24,119 nt of DNA, from NCBI GenBank assembly GCA_036782275.1, contig DAIPZI010000001.1:1-24119 (forward strand). The letters run 5' to 3'. The position numbers were made by a program, and so were the translations under genes. The DNA comes from Crocinitomicaceae bacterium. Its GTDB lineage: Bacteria > Bacteroidota > Bacteroidia > Flavobacteriales_D > Crocinitomicaceae. Shown here in pieces: positions 1 through 7,100 of this stretch. The notes below the pieces were generated by a model. It was not told the origin of the DNA. It did not search any database and saw nothing but the letters and a program-made list of their open reading frames with translations. Each line of letters opens with the position of its first letter. Within the stretch, counting starts at the first letter, position 1.

Positions 1-109
1 GGTGGGTCGACTAAAACTATTAAACTCTTATCAAACTAGAAAATGAAACTGCTTCTCCAAGCAGTTTTTATATCGCATAAGAAGTTGCCTGTGTCTCTCC
101 TTATTTCTA
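1..109 (-). ncRNA. Putative structured ncRNA, paralogue L (5' part only; 3' end runs off the left edge)
   Basis: 4-44 is identical to 476-516, 46-67 is identical to 517-538, and 68-109 is similar to 539-580. It keeps the hairpin AAACTGCTT-GGAG-AAGCAGTTT and the conserved upstream elements. There is no ORF >=60 aa. Confidence 0.62.
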
Positions 110-114
110 TTATA

Positions 115-158
115 AATGTAGAAAGTTAGTTCGGTTCTTTTATAATGAATGAATATTC
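115..158 (-). promoter_or_regulatory. Putative promoter/operator module of ncRNA copy L
   Basis: Minus strand reads GAATATTCAT-N28-TACATT. TACATTTA is one mismatch from the Bacteroidota -7 box TAnnTTTG. The layout is the same as at 585-628. Confidence 0.5.
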
Positions 159-395
159 GAGCAATTTTAACGAAAATAACAGCCTTTTGGTTTATTATTT
201 ATTTCCTATTGTTAGGCCTAAAAGGCTGATTAGATATAAATCTATTGGTTTTTTCTGTCCAATTATGATTCAAATAGATGTGTTACCGCTTTTCCTATAC
301 ATCTCTAGAATAAAAATTTAATGGAAACAAAATTTGTCCATGTTAAGATTTTAATGGCCTATTTGAGTTTGTCAATTAACTAAAAAAAAGGAAAT

Positions 396-415
396 AAAAA
401 AAGGTCTTTCGACCT
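396..415 (-). terminator. Intrinsic terminator of ncRNA copy R
   Basis: Minus strand reads AGGTC-GAAA-GACCT followed by a run of T. The plus strand has no T-tract after the hairpin, which fixes the orientation. Confidence 0.8.
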
Positions 416-575
416 GGGGTTGTGTTTTGGGTTTGATTAAGGAATACAGGAACCACTTATGCAATTGACCCGAGCGGGTCGACTAAAACTATTAAACTCT
501 TATCAAACTAGAAAATAAACTGCTTCTCCAAGCAGTTTGTTATTGCATAAGTAAGATTCCTGTGTCTCTCCTTAT
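396..575 (-). ncRNA. Putative ~180-nt structured ncRNA, paralogue R (complete)
   Basis: Closing stem: 568-573 with 439-444, 557-563 with 446-452, and 542-552 with 455-465. Hairpin A is 517-538 (9 bp, GGAG loop) and hairpin B is 467-480. A 36-nt unpaired segment spans 481-516. It has a 3' terminator and is duplicated at 4-109. Confidence 0.72.
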
Positions 576-584
576 TTCTAGTCT

Positions 585-628
585 AATGTATGATGTAAAT
601 TGGTTTTAAAAGGGATCGATGAATATTC
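585..628 (-). promoter_or_regulatory. Putative promoter/operator module of ncRNA copy R
   Basis: Minus strand reads GAATATTCAT-N28-TACATT (TACATTAG, one mismatch from TAnnTTTG). The spacing is identical to copy L although the spacer sequence has diverged. Confidence 0.5.
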
Positions 629-683
629 CCTAATTTAAATTGAAGATATCGGGGTTCTTGTTGATTATTTCTTTTTAAGAGAA

Positions 684-1133
684 TTAGTTATTAAAGGTAA
701 TTCTGCCACTGATCCAACTTGAATCTAGTTCGGTTTTGTGTTTTTTGTAAAAAGAAATGGCTGGCTCATTCCAATCGAGTACTTGCCAATCCAACCTTTT
801 TGCATTGCTACTTTCAGCTATTCTAATGATCTCTTGAAACAGCATTGATCCAACACCTAGTTTTCTACATTCTTCTTTTACAAAAAAATCTTCTAAATAA
901 AGACATTTACCTTTCCAAGTAGAGTAGGAGGTATAATACAAGGCAAAGCCAATAATATGATCTTCCTGAGATGCGACGATCGCACTACAAAGCTTGTCTT
1001 CAAATAAATGTTGTCTGAGTTGGGAAATTGTGTTGCTAACTTCTTGAGGTGCTTTTTCGTAAATAGCTAGTTCTTTAATCAATTGGAATATAGCGGTTTC
1101 ATCTCCGAATTGTGCTTTTCTTATCGAGATCAT
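684..1133 (-). CDS. GNAT family N-acetyltransferase, spermidine/spermine (diamine) N1-acetyltransferase-like
   Basis: 149 aa. It has GFALYYTSYSTWKGKCLYLEDFFV, the acetyl-CoA motif RKLGVG and the C-terminal WQVLDWNEPAISFY typical of SSAT-like GNATs. ATGA overlap with the sprA stop. Confidence 0.88.
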   Translation of the reverse strand: MISIRKAQFGDETAIFQLIKELAIYEKAPQEVSNTISQLRQHLFEDKLCSAIVASQEDHIIGFALYYTSYSTWKGKCLYLEDFFVKEECRKLGVGSMLFQEIIRIAESSNAKRLDWQVLDWNEPAISFYKKHKTELDSSWISGRITFNN

Positions 1134-4100
1134 TGTACACCCGCTAGATTAAACCTGATTTTGAATCCAGTATTAACATTACCAGTTGGGTAACTCGTTT
1201 GAACTTTTGGTGTATTCAGATTTTGGTCATAATAAAACATAAGTGTCAGATTGTTAGTCAGGTTATAATCTGCAGATATTTTTATTGACATTGTTTTTTG
1301 TCCTGCCGTAGCTTGATTGGTGTTTTCAACAATCTTTCGAATAACTGTGAGATTATCTCTAAATGAAAAATCAAACTTAATATTTACATCACTTGGCTTG
1401 ATGTTTTTGAAAGGAAGTTTTACATCCTTGATTCTGGCCGCAGTTCCAATAACGATTTCTTCTGATAATGACTCTGTAACTTGGTTGTTACTGAGCGCAA
1501 GAGTTGATTGCCTGTCTTTTTTATATTCGAAACGAGTTTGTAGGGTGTGTCCCAAAATTTTCCAGTTGGCATCAATACCGATTAATGGAGAAAAACGTTC
1601 GGAAAGCACGACGTTTTGAATTTGCATTTCTGGTATATAGTTGTTGTCTATATCTAGGTTATTTAAATTACCGTTTTGGTCTTGTGTTCCGTTTAAATTT
1701 GTTTGCATTCCATTTACAGAAACCGAAGAACTGTATCCGTGTCGAACAATAAATGATTTAAGGAATTTCTTTGTGAACTTATATTTTGTTAAGCCACTAT
1801 AATTGATCGACCAATTAGGCAGCGGCGTGTTTTGGAGAGGGTCGATGTTTTTACTGTTGATTCGGGAGTTGTTGTACGCGGTCATAAACGATCCAAGTAC
1901 GACATCCTGCTGTGACCCAGAATAACCCGAATAAAAGCCATTAGAGCTGATTAATGATGAATTAGAATTGTCTTGCCCGACTATTTGTGAAACTTGAGTA
2001 CGATTGTCGAGAAGGTTTTGAAACACCTCAGATTGATAATCGGCTCCTTCTTTTGTAAAAGCTGTACCCCATGTAATGGTTGAATACGTTAGTGTTGCGG
2101 TTTCAAATTGACTTTGTCCCTCAAATTGTGATGTGGCATCATTCCATCTATAAAATTCCCCACTATTCCGCGAATAATTTCGATTTAGATTCAGGTCAAT
2201 ATTTACATCTTTTAATGGTTCCAAAGTAGCTCTCATCGTAAGATTGTTAGAATGGGTTATTCCATATTGGGTATTCAAATTTTCATTTTGCACCAACCAG
2301 CTGTTTTGGGTGGCTAAATTAGATACGCTGTAATTATTTTTTCTGCCAAAGACATCATACCCTTGTTGCCCAAATATGAAACCAGACAGCTGAGTCGTTG
2401 AGGAGTTCATTCCTAAGAATCTCGTTTCTTCTCCATAGCCCGGTAATATTGTACCATCATTCAAGCTGTAGGTACCGGAAATGTTACGAACCGTCATGAT
2501 TAATCTTGCAAAAAATCCAGCAATTTTAGGAACTTTACGTTTCGCCCGTAATTCTTTTCGGGTTTTCTTTTTATACGTTCTGTTCTTTTTCTTGTAAGCT
2601 TTAAGCTGATCTCTATTCATGGAGTCTAGTGGCTTATCAGGTTCAAGGTCATCAACCTTTATCCATTCCCATTTTTCTTTGTCAGTATTCTCTCCAGCTT
2701 CTTCCTCACTCTCTCCATTAGATCGACTACCTGGACCATTTCTTGGGTTGATTCTTCCTCGTGAGCCTCTTCCATCAGCCAGCACTTTTTTGAAAAATGG
2801 GACTTTGTTGTAGAGGTTTACAAAATTGGCCTGAGCCGTAGTATTAATGCTTCTGTTGTTTTGTATGGTATTGCCAAATTCGCTCTGTCCAAGAGGTGCT
2901 CTTGCCCAATTGTAGCTCCCTGTATATTTTACGTTTGCGCTAATCCAATTGGTCAAAGGAAATTTGTCAAATGGGATTTTATAATTAATAGAATAATTGT
3001 GACCGTATTCCATGGTTTTTCCTAAAGTTGACATTTGAGATCGAATGGTGTCTAAGAATTCTCGATAACCGTCGGGGTTATTGATTCGATCTACACTATT
3101 ATTACCCTCTTCAAAAATGGACTTGTTAGAGGCAGAAAAGCTTGTTTTTAAATTCCTAGTAATATCGTATCCGATTTGATAATTTCTATTCCAGTCAAAT
3201 CGCTTTAAAAAGATGGGTTCAAATTCATAATCAGGGACAAGATTATTTCGGACCTGTCTCTCATTATAAATTCGAGAATAGTCATTTGTGAATGAGATGT
3301 TTTTTGGCATTAAGAACAGATTGAAGTCCTTGATGAGTTTTAAGTACTTCGATTTTTGGACAGGTTTCCATTTCTTAAATGGTTGGAACGGTTTTCCTTT
3401 GAACGTGTAATTATAATTTAACGCTCCTGTCCATGTTTTTGTAAGGTCTTTCTTCGTGTTGAAGTCTCTCTGAAGGTTTTCTGCATATGCATAACTCGCG
3501 GCCCAATTTGAGATTTTCCAAAAATGATTTTTTGAACCTGCTTTTGCTTCTTTACGAACATTTGCAAAATTGAAAGACTTTCTTTCATTAAAATCTTGAC
3601 CTAAGGCAGCTCTTTCTTTTCTTTTAGCGGGTTCGTAATCTGATAGCTTAATGTCTGGATTAAATGGGTCGTACTCTGGATTAATAATCCCGAGAGAATA
3701 ACCATAAAAGAAGGGTAGAGAAACCCGTGCTTGCTTTCCGAAGAATTGTCCAAGCTGTATGCTTGAATTGAAGTCAAAACCTATTTGCTCATTTCGTTGT
3801 CGGTCTTGAACACGGCTGTCTACGCTTCCCCAATTTATTCCTGAATAGTTTCCAGAGGCGTTGATATTCGCAAAGTCTGCGAGCTTTACTTGTACTTGAC
3901 CAACAGCTGCCGAACCTCCTTCACTTACGAAATCGGTCAATCTTAATTCATTAATCCAAGCGATGATGCATTCAGATTCTCCATCGTCAGGTTGCCAAAT
4001 ATTATTCGGGTCATTTTTTAATGGATTTCGAACACCAACCATTATGGTTTTTAGTCCTTGAAGATTTGGACTTCCTTTTACTTTAATTCGTCTATTGGCG

Positions 4101-7100
4101 TTTTTAGGGTCCGTTTTTGAATATTCAACAATGTATGAAATCCCATTAGCTCCCTCCTCGATATCCTGGTTCCTGTCTTTTTTCAATTGAATAAAATCAT
4201 CAAAAACAATTTCTATGTTATTATTTTCTGGCCAAATTTCCTCAGGAGTAGTGGATCCCCAGGGAGTGACATCTAGCGGAAGCTCATATTCGTAATAATT
4301 GTCTACAAAGTCGGTTCCTAATCGAATAAACATGGTCACATCTTTATTCTTAAGTGTATTTGGAATGACTTCTTCAGCGTGAGCAAACATTTTTAGTTTT
4401 TGATAGGTTCTCACATCAAACTGAACATTTCTATAGGCTGCTCTCGCATCTCCATCCTGTAGATTACAAATGTCCAAAACCAATGATTGCTCATTCATTT
4501 GTCTTTGGTATACTTGAGATGGATCAACCTCCCTTAGAATTCCTGGCGGAATTTCATACTTTACAGGGCTCCTTTGGTCATTCTCTTCGACATTGACAGC
4601 TCCAATATTAAAAGTGGTTAGGTTTGGGTCCTGTTGTATGCTCAGGCCGGGTTGACTTAAATCTTCATTAAATCTTCGCCATTCTCCTCGAATTAATTCA
4701 AGTCGAGCAAAACGCAATACCACCTCCTCGTCAAATTCTTTTAAAAACATTCGCATGAATCGAATAGATCTGAAATCTTGAATTCCATTCACTTTTTTCT
4801 CAAAGTCAGCAATCGGTACTTTGAATTGATACCAAGTTTCTGTTTTATTTCCGTTTTCGTAAATCTGCTTGTTAGTGATATAATTTTTACCTTCCTGAAG
4901 GTCCTCGGGCCTCATACTTACCTTATACTGAAAGTAGCTTTCGGTTTCGGATAGATTGTTATCTTGATTAATATCTTCGATATCAGGCATGTTCGTGCCT
5001 TGAGTGGGATATCCATTTGCATTTGCAGTATCAGACATTTCAGTGGTAGGAGAATTTCCTTCCATTCCGTTGAAGCGTTTGTATCTATTCAAAATGTCTG
5101 CTTCAACATTATCATAATTGTCATCCAAATAATAGTTATAATCATCATTGGAAGGGTCAGCAATCATTCTAGACTTTGTTGTTGCTGTAAGGTTAGGGTT
5201 GCTATTTACCCAATTCACATAATTTTCAAATGCGATTTTTTCCTCATCGTTTGTCCATCCATCTAAACCAACATCTTGGTTAAGCCTTGAAGCTGGGTCA
5301 TTATCAAAGGCGTTAACCACCACTTGTTGAGTGGATACTTTTGCCCACTCTGTAGTATCAATGTTGTCATTTAGAGATACCCCTTGTCCTGGCAGTCCAT
5401 TTTCAAAACTTTTCCTTGAATCAGGTAAAACATCTTCAGATATATTTCCTAAGTTGAAATAAAGGTCGCCACCATTATGAATGGCAAGGGTATCAACATT
5501 TTCTGCATCTTGATTGAATGGGTCCAAAACCCAAAACTGTATAAACTCAATGTTTGCTAATTCAAAATCATTGGTTGTAAGCCCACGCATAATTCCACCC
5601 CATCTATTTTCTGGATCGACAAAACGACCAACAGAGTCAATCGTATTTGTGGTGTCGTAATTGTACATTCCTCGTTCTTCCGGATAGAAAGCCAAATCCA
5701 ATACAGGAATGTTTTGAATGGATCCATATTGTAATTGTTGATTTGGAAAGATATCAACTTGATTTACCAATCGCATTCTGCTATCAGCAAGGATTTCACC
5801 TCCATTTTGTTTAATGTGGTCAGGCGTTAATGAATTACTTTGATAAAAAACGGGATCAATAACGTACCAGGATGTTTTGGCTCTTTTAAATCCTGTAGAA
5901 AGATCTTTTATTGAGGCTTCGGGAAATAAAGAGGGCTGGCCCTGAGGAATGGATGCTAAGCGCCACGCTGTTACAGTTCTAAGGTCTATTGCGCTCTGGG
6001 CAGCTTCAAAATCGTCAATATAGGACGTTCCTTCTTTATTGATGGCCCTAGGTTGTCCAGGGATGAGGTGAGCTACTTCCCCTGTAAAAGAGATTGTTGA
6101 TTTTTGTTTGGTCGAAATGACGGGAAGCAAATCAACAAGTTTTGTTAGAAAAGGAACTTCTGCTCTAAAAGCAAGGTCTGCACCGATTACATTATTCTTG
6201 AATGGCTCGCTTCCAAAGTCTACTTTTTGGGTTACCGGTCGTTCCATCATTCTGATCCATGTTGCACCGATTTTGAATTTATCACTAAAACGGTATTGAT
6301 AACGTCCACCAACCATAGACCGAGCTTGGAATCCAAATACGGAGTTGCTCTCAATAGAAATCTTGATTGGGGTATTGGATTCAAGAATTCCGGTATTCAA
6401 TATTTTTACACGTCCAAACGCATAATCAACGGTATAGTCAACTCCTTCTATCAATCGAATTCCTCCCGCAGTAACAGAGACTGAGCCTTCCGGGACAGAC
6501 ATGACATTTAACGGAATATCTGAAGTGATAGAAGATTGGTATTCTCCTTTAAATAAAAATCTATTTTTACTCGGAATTTGTTGGGCAGCTGTTTTTGTAG
6601 AGTCGTATAATTCATGAAATGCGATTTTATCTACAGTAATCTGTGGGATTCCCGCATCAGTCATTTTATCTGCAAGTGTTTTCCCGAAAGGTTCGACAGT
6701 TGAGAAGAATATACGTCCATTTTTTTTATTAATGGTTCCACCATTATCAATCTTGTTTCCTACCTGATTAAATGGCGCAAAATCAAAAACTCCATCCGAG
6801 AACGGTTGATTGTTTTGATTGATTTTATCCATGTCAATTAAGGTGACAATCTGCTTATTATCTACACCGTCAAGGGGCATAATTGGAAGCTCTACAGATG
6901 TTTCTGGATTGTTATATAATACATCGATCTTGAATCCCAATTGATCTACTTGATACGCACCAATGGAATACACATTTTTCATCATAAGGTCCCAAACTTT
7001 GTTGTTTGGATTTGTGATGGTTGGCTTTAATAATTTGAGAATTAAAGCATCTTGACCAGTTGATCCATCGGTTGAAAATTCACCAATCTGATATGTTTCT

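Larger units (their letters stand above)
4..580. repeat. Tandem direct repeat, about 106 nt core (4-109 and 476-580), period about 471-472 nt
   Basis: Direct alignment by eye gives roughly 90% identity. Weaker similarity continues to 115-158 versus 585-628. Confidence 0.97.

Noticed and set aside
43..129. 28-aa plus-strand ORF (MKLLLQAVFISHKKLPVSLLISIINVES) antisense to ncRNA copy L; possible type I toxin
   Set aside because: Copy R lacks the G of the ATG and has indels that break the frame. I see no plus-strand promoter, and the conserved signals point to the minus strand. It is not fully excluded for copy L alone.
321..383. 20-aa plus-strand ORF (METKFVHVKILMAYLSLSIN)
   Set aside because: It is too short to support, has no recognisable promoter or motif, and is within chance expectation for AT-rich DNA.
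439..573. MITE with terminal inverted repeats
   Set aside because: The arms are interrupted in an RNA-like way (bulges and G-U pairs on the minus strand). Conservation extends outside the arms into promoter-like elements, a terminator follows, and no target-site duplication is visible.
526..573. CsrB/RsmZ-type sponge, prompted by the GGAG loop, AAGGA and ACAGGAA
   Set aside because: Only one GGA is in a loop and the others are buried in the closing stem. CsrA is not a typical regulator in this phylum.
4..580. CRISPR array or tracrRNA, prompted by GTTTTAG on the minus strand
   Set aside because: There are only two units of over 100 nt with a period of about 471 nt, no 25-45 nt repeat/spacer pattern and no cas genes. 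The 7-mer is expected by chance in U-rich sequence.
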